Below, piece by piece: positions 14,987 through 39,649 of a stretch of 64,000 nt of DNA; positions within the stretch are counted from its first letter, which is position 1; each line of letters begins with the position of its first letter. The position numbers and the translations under genes were made by a program. Below the pieces are notes generated by a model that was not told the DNA's origin, ran no database searches, and worked only from the letters and a program-made list of their open reading frames with translations. Origin of the DNA: Amoebidium appalachense (lineage: Eukaryota > Protista > Ichthyosporea); the NCBI GenBank assembly GCA_963693365.1, contig CAVNZM010000008.1:2296263-2360262 (forward strand), read 5' to 3'.

Positions 14987-15289
14987 TATAGCGGGTAGGC
15001 GATTGCTGTGGAATAAGCGGAACACAAAAAAACAACACAAAAAGGTAAAAAGCATTTGTGGAAGATTAAAGTACGTTGAAGTACTGGTTACAAAAGAGCT
15101 GCCTTGCACAAGCACGAATCAAATTGTAGTACACTACGAACTCCTTTTGTTCTCGCTAAGAAATACTATAAAACATGTGGCTAGTTCACGATGGGCTTAT
15201 CAGTAGTAGTATGTACATGGGCAACCCATAAAAGGCAATAAGCATATGGTGCCGAGGAAAAAATAGTCATCATAGGTGAGCCCATCTAG

Positions 15290-17227
<1,938 letters not shown>

Positions 17228-18552
17228 GATAGCGGGTAGTCGATTGCTGCTGGAACAGCCCAAACACAATTCGAACAATAGAATGCAGCGAGAATGGTTT
17301 TTCAAGCTTTTCAAATGAGTGCGTGTCGGAGTATATACTTGTTGGTGCGAGCATACAACCAATCACAAGAGGCTGCAAAGCATTGTCCAATCGTTACAAA
17401 GCTGTCAGATCCACGAATCAGAAGGCTTTTGATCAGATGACGGTGGTGTTGCAGCACTGCTCAAACAGCATCCTCCCCCCCCCCCCCCCCCCCCCTCCGC
17501 CCCCTCCTCCTTCTCCCTCCCTCCCCCCCCCCCCCCCCCTCCCCACCCCTACTATTTTCTGCTGCTTTTGATCACAGTACACAATCTTCCCTCTCCCTAA
17601 ATATCACTCTAAGAGTCTACCTATAGCGTGACGATTACCTAACTTTGACTGAGTCGCGAATCACGACATTCCACGCGGTCCAATCACACTGCACCGCCGC
17701 ACCGCATTCCACAGCGCGCAGAGCGCACGGAGCAAAAAAAAAAAAAAAAAGGTTTAGTTGAGGTAGTTGATAGCACATTAATTATTTACGTAAGGCACCA
17801 GAAATTCCATACAAAAATACTAAAAGAAATAATTCTAAGCTGTTCACGATGGAAAGCGTAAACAAATATAAGAAGACTCCAAAAAGAATGTAAATTCTTG
17901 CAAATTGTTGCACGTGGAATCCGGCCCGTGGTCAGAGACTCAGAGGGCCGTGCCACCAAGCCCAGTTGCAACTTGAGGCGACGCGTGCGCCGTGTGCCAC
18001 ACCTGGTCTAGCCCCGCTGTGGCCCCAATCCGTGGGTGTACATACAGAACAACCAGAGGATGTACTCTTGTAGCGTTCAATCTTGTTAATGCTTTACATC
18101 ATGTACGGCGTTAAATGGTTTAAGTTTTTTGATTGCAATGAGGGCACTTCTGGGTCGTGGAATGTAAAGATAGACATTCCAGAGATGACAACATGAGCCT
18201 TTTAGATCTTCATCAGGTTAGTACAGCCCAACATTATAAATTGTTTAATGTACAGAGGGTTTTGGAATCGTGATATTTCTTATGAAAATGGAATAATGTT
18301 TCTATAACAGTAATTTTGATTCAAGGGAAAGGAAAAAAGGAAGGGAAGGGGAAGAGGGTCTCTCAAGATGTGCATGGCAACAAAACCTTAGGAGCCTTCT
18401 GATTCGTGGATCTAACGGCTTTTTGGAGCTTTTTAGTCTCTTTCGATTGGCTGTAATGTCTAATCAACACGTAAATAAGCCTACACCCATTCACTTGTGT
18501 TGTTTCTTTGTGTTCCGCTAGCTTATTCCACAGCAATCGCCTACCCGCTATA

Positions 18553-20626
<2,074 letters not shown>

Positions 20627-20959
20627 CTAGATGGACTCACCTCTGGGCACGCTACTAGCATGACCATGATGTTTATTGCCTTTTATAAGTTCCCCATGTA
20701 CATATTACAGGTCATGAATTGAGCACACCTACCAATATGAAATTTCTTAAGGAGAACAAAAAAAGTTCCGATAGCTTACTAATTTAGTGCATTTGCAAAG
20801 CAATTCTTTGCAAATAGTGCCGGGTTATAGCTTATGCCTTCAATTTGACTAATCATTCTAACTGACAACGTGGCACTGTGTGTATCCCGGAACCACCGAA
20901 ATGTTTTGATAGAAACACTGTGCAAATGCATTTAAATTACATCACCCGGAGATGAGTGT

Positions 20960-21744
<785 letters not shown>

Positions 21745-22203
21745 AATTAAATTTTCATGATGCGGTTAGCCAAGCAGTGTCTCTTCGCTATCATCCATAC
21801 AGGACAGTCGTGCTTTATACCAGACTGGCCTGGACTGGGCTCACCCAACAAGAAATATCCGAATTGAGAGAAATTGGAGCCTGAGGGGAGTAACAACCTT
21901 CTCGTCAGTTTCGCCTCCGTCGATAAACCATGGATTTATTGAAAAAACTTCTATGAACGAATGGAAAAAACATCAAATACGATGTTTCTCCGTATTTTTG
22001 CGACTTAGTGCAATAAGGGACTGTTTGTTTACATAAGCACGTGTAGATTTGTGCATAATTTGCCACGTGCACAGATTGCGTGCAAGTAAGCTACTTGGTC
22101 CTATATTGGGGAGGATAAGGGTCACGGCGTACTTGGACGTCATAAGATTGGTTTCAACACACAGTCTTTCAGGTATTTGTAATATCCCCTCCTGCGCGCG
22201 CGC

Positions 22204-22258
<55 letters not shown>

Positions 22259-22836
22259 TGTGTGTGTGTGCAAGCTACCCAATTGCAACTTGGCACCGTG
22301 TCTGCAGACTCTGCTTGGCTGGAGCACACAAGGTTGAATTTAGTGTGCATTTGACTTTACTGTGACATAAAAGTATATGTATGTGTGTGTGCACGTGGGT
22401 GGGACGGTGTGTAAATTGTTTGGCAGTGGAGAATGTGTCCAAGCACAAGATTCATAAAATGGGAGAAAGGAGAGTGGAAGGGAGGAAGGGGGGAGCGGGG
22501 GCCTTGGGGGGGGGGGGGGGGGGCGAGAGGGAGAGAGAGTGAGAGAGAGTGAGAGTGAGAGAGAGAGAGAAGAGAGAGAAAGAGAAAGAGAGAGGGAGGG
22601 AGAGAGAGAAAGAGAGAGAGTGTGTGTGTACATGTGTGTGTGCCGAAACAGAGATCCCGAAAGTATATAAACAGAGCTTTCCTAAGTGCGCAAGATCTTT
22701 CCGAGTTGGACCCTTAAACAGGCCAATCTACTTCTCGGTGACCAGTCAGTTGAACGCAGTCAACACCAGAGCGGAAACAACCACTCGCTCAAAACCAGTC
22801 ACCAAAGCATTAATCAAAGTACACCACACACACTAA

Positions 22837-23405
22837 ATGGCCAGCGCAATGCTCATTTTCGCCGCCCTTGCAGCTATTGCCAGCACGGCCCAGGCGCCTC
22901 CCTCTCCACCCGCTTCACCAGTGTGCCCTTCACCCTGCAGGACCAATACCCAACCTTTGACACCAGCTACAAGCTGCGACCTGACAAACGCCCCGGGCGC
23001 AGGTGTGCAGTGCAGTTCAGCCATTGCGCAGCTGTTTTCATCCCCGCTGGACTGTCAAAGCATCACTGGGCAGGCATGCGGCACCAACAACGATGCTGGC
23101 TCGTCCTTTGAAAACTGGTGGCAGGCCACCGCCGGCGCAGAGCCCGTTACGGGGCCTACGGGCAACTCCCCCACTTTCAGTGTCAAGGCGTTCGCAGCAC
23201 CACTAGTGAACCCATGTGGTGCGAGTTCTCGTGCTCCCTGACAACTGATGCTTCGGCGTGGATGTGCGTGTCGGATGGCTGCGAGCAGACGCTCTACACC
23301 ACACAGGAGGCATGCAAGGCCGACATTCGGAAGTTCTGTGCCATCCGGTCGTCTGAGGCATTTATGGACTGGTGGGAGGCACTTAATAAGATTAGCAGCT
23401 ACTAG
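22837..23405 (+). CDS. Intronless secreted protein with two tandem Cys-rich repeats; one apparent frameshift
   Basis: Signal-peptide-like MASAMLIFAALAAIASTAQA. One extra C in the C5 run at 23168-23172 joins ORF 22837 to the frame ending at 23405. Repeat 1: C..CRTNTQPL..SCDLT...C...C...C...FENWWQA. Repeat 2: CQGVRSTTSEPM..SCSLT...C...C...C...FMDWWEA. TATA-like TATATAAA near 22664. Confidence 0.7.
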
Positions 23406-23676
23406 TAGTTAAGACGATTTATTACAGTTAGTTATTAGCATCGTAAAACCGTACTTCGTATCCATCTTGCGCCTGTAGTAGGACATCCTTAGTAAATCTT
23501 TGAGAAGGGACTGTACGTGCAATTGTACATATATAAACAGCGTAAACCCCCTGGGCCACATATATATCCGAATGACTGACTAGTCCTCCAATAAACACAC
23601 TTTGCAAACAAATTTTAGCCTCAGCCAGATCAAGAAAATATGCTTGCATGAACACTACCCCTATACTAAAGAAATC

Positions 23677-23710
<34 letters not shown>

Positions 23711-23897
23711 CTCTCTCTCTCTCTCTCCTCCCGAGGCTCCCGGGACCCTGAGGCTCTCCCCCGTCCGCTTGCCCCTACCCACCCACCCCTCCCTTGCCCT
23801 CACGAAATGTCCAGGAACCTCCCTCCTGATCCCTTTTTTTTTTTACATACTGCCTCCTTCTCTTTTGCAGCACACTCGCCAAATATCCTCAAAATAA

Positions 23898-23946
<49 letters not shown>

Positions 23947-24861
23947 ACCGGCACCCCCCCACCCCCTTCTGCACTTCTGCACCGCCCCTTCCTCTCCTCC
24001 CCCCTTTACCCCCTTCCCCCCTCCCCCAACAATTGCAAACACGTCCACCCATGGCCAGCCTCCGGTTCCTCGTACGCGTGACTGTGCACATCTTTCCCTT
24101 CCTCTCTTCCCCAGACCCGGCCCACCTACGCAGCTTCGAACGACTATGTAGCTCGCTATAGCATTATGCGTGTGCAACAATCCTAGTAAAGCTTTCTCTG
24201 GCGCGCAAAAACCTATTACACTATAGGTACCCTCACTTCAACAGATGCATATGTACGTCACCAAGCAATTACTGTTTACTTCTGATGGCATTGCGATTGT
24301 GTACCTAACACAATGTAAGTTCATGAATTATTGCAACTAACATTATAGGCACACCAAGATATACTAAACACCCAACAACCCAAACACCTTCAAATCGAAC
24401 AATTACAACAGTAACTATTAGACCGCCAAGTTAGTATACACTATTTTTTCTTTGAGTAATACTATGAAAGCCAAGAGACACATCATTATGCTACATATTA
24501 CTTGCCAAAACATCTAACACAAGTCATTCGCACAACATCACTCAAGAAAGCAACAGAGAGGCATCACACACATGGTATCTACACATAAAGCAATAGCAAT
24601 ACAAATTTCATCCTATGCAGCAATTTCATACCGCACCAGGTAATCACCACACCCTACCCCATTTCAAAAACTGTCCACTTACGAACAGATTTTCATTATC
24701 AATACAACATAAATACTAAAACAACCTACGTTGCAGAGGTACAAAGATCAACACTAATTATATACGGTTAAAGATGAGATGGCAACAAATGTTTGTGTGT
24801 AAGTATGTGTGGGTGGGCGCACATCCAAAGGTTTTGTGTGTGTGCGTGCGTGCGTGCGTGC

Positions 24862-24916
<55 letters not shown>

Positions 24917-25200
24917 TGCGTGTGTGTGTGTGTGTGTACCGCGTGTGCGTACCTCGTGTGCACGTGCGTGTGTGTATGTGTACACGTGTGTGTGTGCGTG
25001 TGGCTGTGTTCATGTGACTTTAAGCATGTCTATGTATAGCCAAGCCCGTTCAGGTGTGGGCAAACAGGTGCATGTGTCAACAACAAAAAACACCCCCTTC
25101 CCACAGTAACCCCCCTTCAACACCACCACCCACCCACACACATGCAAGCCCAAGAAAACAGAGCATGCGTTAAGTCACACCCACCACCCAAGCCACCACC

Positions 25201-30252
<5,052 letters not shown>

Positions 30253-32400
30253 GTCTAAGCTGTCCACACAGCACACACTAAACAGAGTGAAATGGGGCAA
30301 CACTGGGGGTGTCCATTCGCGCCAACTAGAAATTTGTAACTGCCTGCACTGAATTACAGGTCAAAGAGCCTAAACGAACTACGACGCATTTCCACCCGGA
30401 AAAAAGGTGGGAAGAGTTGACTTGGGTGAAGTTACCTAACGTAGAAACTAGAAACGACCTGAAATAGTCCTTAGGAACCAACAGACAGCCGCCTTCGAAT
30501 TGGACGAGAGAACGAAGGTCCCTGCAGCAGTTTTCTCCGTATCAAAATAGAAAAGCGGCGCCAAAAAAAAGTTTCTGCATATCATATTCAGAAAGGGGAA
30601 AAAAAAATTAGAAGCTAGGAAACGAAGCTGTGGAAGCTCCAGCTGGTTGTGAATACCACAGCGCTCAGAACCGAAGAGCAACATAAAAAAAAAAATTAAA
30701 AAAAAGTGCACGACCGTATGTAGGTGCAAGTTGCATGCGGCCTGGTGCTGCGAATGCGGTGTGACATGTTGTAGGCCTTTGCCCGGTATGACTGTGACAT
30801 AGCCAAGAGGGGGGGGAACCTAAGAGAGCCAAATAAAAATTGTTGGCTGCAAACGTAATTTAACTCAGCAGTATAATATTGGATTAGTTGCCATACTTTT
30901 GTAATTTGTTTTAGACATAAAATTTTGATTTGGTAAAATGAAAATAAATCTTTAGGTAGCCATGGGCCACACGCCATCGTAATACCGTATGCCCGTTTTC
31001 AAAAGTTCGTAAATTGTCCCGATTGCTAGACCCCAAATTCATGGAGAATAAGGGGACACCTCCCGTGAAACGATTGGTCGACAAGTTACCAATCGGGTTT
31101 GGGCAATGGTTGATCATCGAATTCCACGGTCACGCGGCAAAGGAGCTCCGATCAGCGACCACGTATACGCCTCGTAGACACCCACGTGTCAGCTTGAGTT
31201 TGAATATAATAATAACGTCAAAATCAAAAGGAATGAATAATCTGAAGTTTTCACTTATAATTCTTAGGCACATTATTCCATTTATGGTTTAGCACCCTCG
31301 AGCACGGCTCTGCTAGTGCACACTTCACACAACTGCCCGGATTGGGGTAGAGTTTGGGGAGACGTTTAAGATTTGAGAAAAAGCCACAAACCCGATGTTG
31401 GCGCCCAAACAATAACTGTAGTCTAAAATTTTAGAATTGATACTAGATAATTGCATCGCAATATTGAGATCCAAGGATCAAGACAATCCTACAAACAAAG
31501 CGACACGGCTGTTTATGATACTAAAGCAATCACTGAGCACTTATGCTTTCAAAAATATTTCTGTTTTTTTCGTATCCAATCAACACGGCTTCAAACGAGC
31601 CGCATATGGCCGGATACGTTTAACAGTTGCAGGAACTTTTGGCGCCAATGATTCCACAATAAACAAACACCGGCCCGTTTTCACGAGCAAGTTAGGGAAC
31701 AACTTAAGAGAAAGAGAGATTGAATATAGTCTTTTCATAGAAAGTTGTTGCCGTTTTATTAAATAGCATCAGGGAAGCGAGAAGGTAAAAAAGGAACAGA
31801 GATATGCCCCCCTTTTTGGTTGGAGGTAAAGTTCGGCTAGCCAAGAAATGAATGATAAGTTGTGAACTACTGCAGAGCACTAACTACCTTGAGAAGAGGA
31901 AAGTACTGAAATACTTTAAAGGCCAATTATAGCCACAATATTCCTACTTTTTTTATTGTTTTATAAAAACTTATTCCAGCAGGCAAGTGCAGAAACCTAG
32001 AGGCAACAGGAGGAACAGTTACTTGTCGAAAAGTGTGATAGGAAGAGAACGAGGGCGTGTGTCCAAAAGAAAAAAGGTGGGTGTAGGTGAGATAATTTGA
32101 AAAGCAAAAAGGAGAGGGGGGAGGGGGAAGGGGGGAGGGGAGAGAGAGAGGGAATTGGGGACTAGGGAGGGAGAGTGTTTGGGGCGGGGGGGCGGGGGGA
32201 GAGGGAGGGGGGAGGGAGAGGGAGGGGGGGGGTAGAGAGGGGAGGGGGGGGGGGGAAGAGAGAGAGAAGAGAGCGAGGGAGAGAGAGGAAGAGAGAGAAA
32301 AAAACGACGGCAATGGAAGGGGGGAGGAGTGGGGGTGGAGAATGAGAGAGAGGGGGCAGGGAGGTGGACACGGGAAATGCAGGGGGGGGGGGGGGGACGG

Positions 32401-32492
<92 letters not shown>

Positions 32493-32496
32493 GTAG

Positions 32497-32544
<48 letters not shown>

Positions 32545-33059
32545 TAGTTGGCAAGAGAGAGAAAGAGGGAGAGGGGGGGAAGGGAGAGAAGTGGGGGGGG
32601 GGAAGGGAGAGAAGGGGGGGGGGGGGGGGGGGGGGAAGAGATACAGTGTGTCTGTGCGTGAGAGAAGATGTTACCAAGAGCTACAGATAGGGTTGATTCT
32701 CATGCATCCAGAACGGGAACACAACAAAATAGTTCATACCATACTCGAAAGATGATTACTGCGGTTGCACTATCACAGATTGTGGATGACACAGGGGACT
32801 CGAAAGCTGAGAAGGAAACCACGGCACAGAAGCGACTTGTGCAAGTAGCTTCATGTTGTTCCTGTATACTTTTCGTGGTTTCTTTCTTGCATCCAGACCT
32901 TTCGATGATCTAAAACTGTTACAAAAACCCACTCTAAAACCTCATAAGAGACAAGCTGTGAAATTATGAATCGTTCCAAGCTGCAAGTGCCTAAGCGTAT
33001 GTAACAGAACCGATATTGGGCTGTATTTTCCACTAATCTGGCCATTTTGCAGGAACAAC

Positions 33060-33217
33060 ATGGGCAACTCATTTTGTTACGTCGCGGGCCCAAACGAGGC
33101 TCTTGTTGTCTCAGGTGAGGATTCTCCAACCTTTGTTAATTCTATCTTTACTTTTATATACTCAAGATTGGAGGTTAAGGGTAGAGGTCCAGGGGACAGG
33201 GTGCCTGCCCCGGGGGA

Positions 33218-33265
<48 letters not shown>

Positions 33266-33419
33266 ATATTGAATTTTTTTGTGAAGAAGTTGACCGAGGG
33301 TATGGTGTGACGGGGGACCAACATGAATCTTGTGCTTATGCATAATGCGGCCAACTGTGTTATTGTTCTCCTAAATGAATATGACGGATTCCTAAAGACA
33401 GGCCGTGCCTGCCTTTCAA

Positions 33420-33459
<40 letters not shown>

Positions 33460-33660
33460 AAAAAAAAAAGGATAGAAGTGAAGGAAAAAATTAGAAAAAT
33501 GTGCTTGAGCCTCAGTGTACGTACCCCCAGTCCACTCCCCATGTGTGTTTAGTTATCACCAAAGAACAAAATATCTCCCTCATTCTGTCTGCGTCAGTGA
33601 CAACTAAATTGGACCCCCCTGGGCACCAACTCTTTCTCCACCACCAGATACGGACTGGGG

Positions 33661-33742
<82 letters not shown>

Positions 33743-33766
33743 TCACTCACAGACACACAGACACAT

Positions 33767-33852
<86 letters not shown>

Positions 33853-34705
33853 TATTGCGTTGATGTCCTAATCATTCCACCCCCATCCCCACCCCTTTCC
33901 CCTTACTATTTGTAGGTGGGCTCTGCAGCCAAGAGAAGAAGGATTTCGTTGTGGGTGGCTACACATGTATCTGCCCCATGACCACACAGGTTGACAGGTA
34001 TGTAACCCCCCTCCCCAAGAAAGTAAAAATAAAATAATAATAATAAATTAATAATTAAATAAAATAACAATAAAATAGCTATAAAATTGAAAATAAAAGC
34101 TAGGATTATAAGAATAAGAAAAGGGTTCCTGAATTTCATGATCATGCCCCCTGTGTGTGCACAAATGTTTCACACACACACACCCTAAGGATCATACACC
34201 CGCACATGGCTGCTAGACAAACAGGCACATGTGCACACACTGAGACACACTTATACACCACGCACAGCTCCCCCCCCCCCCCCCCCCCCCCAAAAAAGGG
34301 AGAAAAATGCCACCAAATTGCACTCACCTTTTGCTTCTTCTTTCTCCCTTTCAAACAACTTTTAATTAACTTGTGTGGTGGTGGATGTTATTATGGAAGG
34401 TCATGATATGATATAAGCTATTTACATAAAAACGGGTTGGGGGGGAATGATATGGTGCCGTGCTGAATGTGATCTAAACATAACCCCTGGTGGGATGCAG
34501 ACTTTCGTTGGAGATTATGACCGTCACTCCAGTGTGTGAGAAGGTCGAAACACTTAAGGGTGTGGCACTGACAGGTGGGTGTGTGTTGCCTGTTATGGGT
34601 GAATGTTGTTGCCTATTATGGGTGGGGGGGGGGGCTGCCTATTTGGGGTGGGTGTTGGCTGTATGGGTGGGCTTTGCGCATTATGGGCGGGTGATGGAGT
34701 AAGGA

Positions 34706-34741
<36 letters not shown>

Positions 34742-34802
34742 CTTTTCCTTTTTTTTTTTTTTTTTTTTTTTTTGTTCTTCTGAAGGAGTAAGGAGGGGGG
34801 GG

Positions 34803-34836
<34 letters not shown>

Positions 34837-34893
34837 CTTTTCCTTTTTTTTTTTTTTTTTTTTTTTTTTGTTCTTCTGAAGGAGTAAGGAGGA

Positions 34894-34927
<34 letters not shown>

Positions 34928-34936
34928 TCTTTTTCT

Positions 34937-34986
<50 letters not shown>

Positions 34987-37727
34987 TTTCCATACTGACT
35001 CGGTTGGTGTAGTATGTCGATCGATACCACTAGTGATTCGATTCTGTGGAACATTTATTGGCTGCATGGGCCATGGGTGGTGACTGATATCATCGGCTGG
35101 TGTTATGGTGGCATGCCTAGTTACCTGGCACATGCATAATCGGTTCATATTAGGGCAAGGTCCGTATCTACCTTTTTCGACGCGATCGAGGTTGATCCGA
35201 TCGAGGATTTCAAATGAGCCTGACACGGGTATGACTCTCTCGAATCTATCGATCATAATTACGCAATGAGGGTGTAACGTCATTGGGCCTCTTTTTACGT
35301 CACCCCTCGATAACGTCATTATGATCGATAGATTCGAGACATTCACAAGCCGTGCCAGGCCTATGTGAAATCCTTGATCGGATCAACCTCGATCGGGTCC
35401 AAAATGGTAAATATGGAGGTTGGCATAAGTTTGCTGATGTGCTTGGCCTTTTTTGGCTGGCAAGAGTGGTTGGAAGCTATGTGGTGTGTGTTGATATGGC
35501 ATGGATACGGATATCCGATAGATGAACACCACCACCACGCTGATATATGCTCCATACCACAAGAATGTGCTGGATATTTACGTTCTCCTCTATCCCTACC
35601 GTGAGCCTGCATGGCATATTTAGCATGTAGACTGAAGAAACCATCAAAAAACACAGGAAACATGCTTGCGTGCATGTAATTGCTGGCTGGCAAGAAGATG
35701 CAGAATGACTGCATTTGTGTATGTGCCTGTGAGTGTGTGTGCACACATTTTGGGGTGGAGGAGTGTTGGAGGGGAGTGGTGGTGGTTTGAGGGGGAGAGG
35801 GGGGGGGGGGGGGGGGGGGAGGGGGGAATGAGGGGAAATGGGGTAGGGAAGGGGAGGGGGGGGGGGAGGGGGGGCTTTTTCCTGAGTGGTGGGTGAGCTT
35901 CACTTGTATTTTTATTTTAACTTTTATTTTTTTATTATATTTTTTTTTTGCCCTTTGCTGTTCTGACAGGGTGCTTGCCCCTGCAGTTACCGGGGCAGCG
36001 CAGGTCAAGTTTCTGACCCAAGACGAAGAAATGCTGCACCGTGCCGCGGAACAATTTCTGGGCAAAACTGTAAATTAACCCCCCCCCCCCCCCCCTCTCC
36101 CCCTTTCTTTTTCCCTCCCCTTTTTCTCTAAGTCTCATAGGTGAAACTCTTATGAACGCGGGAAATATGTCTGCAAAGTCGTCTGCGTTTTCATTGCTGC
36201 TCCTGCGCAAACCCGTTAGCGAACCCACCCACTACTCCCCCCGCCATTTTTTTCCCCCACCTAACATCAAAAATTATAAATCTTAAAATATCCATTCCAA
36301 ATATTCTTCCTTTTCCGTTTGTGTGCGTGGGTAAAGCCATTAACAACCCACTCTTTCCTCTCTTCTTTCCTTTTTTTCAGCTCAGCTCTTAGAAACCCCG
36401 TGACTAACTCAAATGTTTTCGTGCCATTCATTGTCTTGTCACAATCCATTTTCCTTTTCCTGTTCTCCTTTTCCCGGATTTTCGATAGTTGAAGGCATAA
36501 GGTTGCCCCATTTTTTTTCTTGTCGTATTTCGTTTTCCGTTTTTATTTTCCTGGTTTTTGACTGTCTGGACAGGTTGCGGAGGTGCAGAATGTGGTTCTG
36601 CAGACGCTGGAGGGCCACCTACGGGCCATCTTGGGGTCGCTGACTGTGGAGGAGGTCTACCAGGACAGGGAGAAATTCGCACAGCAGGTGTGTGTGTGTG
36701 GGCGGGTGTGTGTGTGTTGTGTGTGTGCGCGTGTGCATGTGCGTGTGTGCGTACACGTGTGTGTGTGTGTTGTGTGCTTGTGTGTTCTTACTTGTGTCTG
36801 TGTCTGTGTGTGTGTGGGGGGGGGGGGGGGGGAGGGGGGGGGGTTGGCGGGCGGCTGGGAAGAGGAGTAGGGAGGGGCGGAGGGCAGGAGGAGGCTGGCT
36901 TTAGTGTGTGTGTGATTGAGTGTGGGTTGGTGTGTGGGTGGAGTGGGACGATGAGAAGAGCAGAGGAGTTGGAGGGGAAAAGGGAGAGGAGGACTTGAGG
37001 AGTTTTGGGAGGTAGCAGCGCGGGGGGTGGGGGGGGGGGGGGGGGGGGGGGGGGGCTGTGGTGGAGGGACTGCCCCAAATAGGGTGGAGGGGGGAATTGT
37101 TTGGGGGAGGGGGGGGGAGGGGGGGGGGGGGGGGGGGATGTGGAGGAGAGTCTCATGGAAGGATGTGTGAATGGTATAGTTGGTACCGTAGGGAATGTGG
37201 GGGGGGGGAAAGAAAAAGATTAAGAAGAAAAGAGACTGAATTGAAGTTTTCTGACGGGGAAGAGTGACTGTGGGAGCATATGTAACAACTAGGAACACAG
37301 CACAGCCAGAAACACGAAACACACAGTCAAACACATATGCACACACATTGTCTGTTTTTCTTCCATTCTTTGCCTTCCGTACCCTTCCGTCGTGTCTCTC
37401 TTTCTATCTCCCCCTGTCTTTCCATCTCTCTCTTTCTCTGCATGCCCCCCCTAACCCCCCTCCCCCCTCTTCCCTTCGCCCTCCTCCAAACACACACACA
37501 CACACGCACGCACACGCACACACACACACACCTTGACTGTACCCAAAGGTACGGGAGGTAGCGGCACCCAATGTAGCCCGCATGGGCATCGACATTCTCA
37601 GCTTTGTCATTAAAGACGTCAGTGATGAGGTGAAGAACCCCCCCCCCCCCCCCCCCCCATGATGCATACTCTGTGTGCGTGCTCTCACAGAAATCTGCAA
37701 TGTGTTTTTTCCGTAGAAAGGGTCTCT

Positions 37728-37803
<76 letters not shown>

Positions 37804-38108
37804 CCCCCCCCTCCCTCCCTCCCTCCCTCCCTCCCTCCCTCTCTCTCCCTCTCTCCCTCTCTCTCTCTCTCTCTCGCTTCCCCCGTCCCCCCCGTTCCCC
37901 CTCTCTCCTCGCCTGCCCACTCACTAGCTACGGCACACACACACACACACACACGCACACACACACACACAGGTCGACTACCTCAACTCGCTTGGCAAGA
38001 AACGTACAGCCGAGGTCAAGCGTGATGCCGACATTGGTGTGTCGGTGGCTGAGAAGGAGGCTGGCATTAGGGTCGATGCCCCCATCCCCCCCCCCCTCCC
38101 CCCCCCCC

Positions 38109-38153
<45 letters not shown>

Positions 38154-38277
38154 CCCCCCCCCCCCCCTTTTTTTTTTTTTTTGGTTTGCAATTCCTACGT
38201 TCTGCAAGAGGATAGCAACAGCGGGAGAGGGTAGTGACAATTGTCAAGCGGCTACATCCTTGCTGGCACACACATAC

Positions 38278-38354
<77 letters not shown>

Positions 38355-38763
38355 GTTCGAATCGCGCAGGCAATATACCGGCACACATAAGCACACGTAC
38401 GCGTTCCGATCGGGTACGCGCGGCGGCAGGGGGATGGGGGGGGGGGGGGGGGGGGGGGGGGGGAAGCTCAAGGGAAGGGAATAGAGGTCAGTCTCGGTAA
38501 GTTTGACTGTTGTTTATGTGGTTATTGTGGGCAGGCAATGAAGGGAGGACAGTATGGAGGTGTGGACGTGATATGAGAGAGGGTGAGTGGGTGGGGGAGG
38601 GTGTATGTTGAAAATTTGGGGTTTTTCAGGAGTCGGAGGCAGAGAGGGCCCACCAGGAGGTGAAATTCAAGGCCGACACGGCCATAGCAGACAGCAAGAG
38701 CAAGTATGAAATCCAGAAGTACCAGTTTGCCCAGGAGGTCAACAAAGTCGTATGTATCCTGTG

Positions 38764-38799
<36 letters not shown>

Positions 38800-38885
38800 G
38801 TACACACAAGGGTTTATGCACTGCATGCGCGCGCACATGCACAGGTGAGCCTCTCACGCTTGTGGTCAAACGCATATCCACAGAA

Positions 38886-38924
<39 letters not shown>

Positions 38925-39383
38925 CACACACACGTACGTAGATGTAATCCTTTAAACATAATGCATGTGTACATACAGGGACACATACCAGCAATTCACG
39001 TGCGCACGTGCGTTTAAAACATTCTTAAACGCGCATATAGCGCCACCCCTTCCTTGCCTATCAACTACCTCTCAAGATCGTCTGCCTGTCACTCTGATTG
39101 CTGATACCTTTCAAATCTCCCCCCCCCCCCCCCCCCCCCGTCCTCTCCTGGTCCCTTCTCTTCCTTTCTGCTCTCCATGATCCCTCTCCGTGTTCTTCGC
39201 CCCATGCACCCACACCGACCTGATTCAGGAATTCAGTTGTGTGCCTTTTTTTCTTTGCTGGATGATTACAGCGCTTCCCTGTGCTAACGTCACTCGTGTC
39301 CCCACAACCAGCGTGCTGACGCGGAGTTGGCATACAAATATAGGGTAGGTCATACTGACCCCCTCCCCCCCCCCCCCTCCCCG

Positions 39384-39415
<32 letters not shown>

Positions 39416-39607
39416 GGGGTTCTTTTTTCACCCTTTTCGCAGCACCATAACCTAAAAGGCTCTGAAGCTTTACACTGTGGGCCACCCACTTCTCCCCTTT
39501 GTAGCCTTTTTACTGAGATGTAGTAGAGTCACTATCGTGCAGGGGTTAACCTAAAAACGGAGAGAGAGCTGTGCTTCTGGGTGGGCAGGTGGGCCCGGGT
39601 GGTGATA

Positions 39608-39649
<42 letters not shown>

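Noticed and set aside
34698-34945. CRISPR-like repeat-spacer pattern
   Set aside because: The spacers are homopolymers, the context is a eukaryotic intron, and there are no cas genes. It is a tandem duplication or an assembly artefact.
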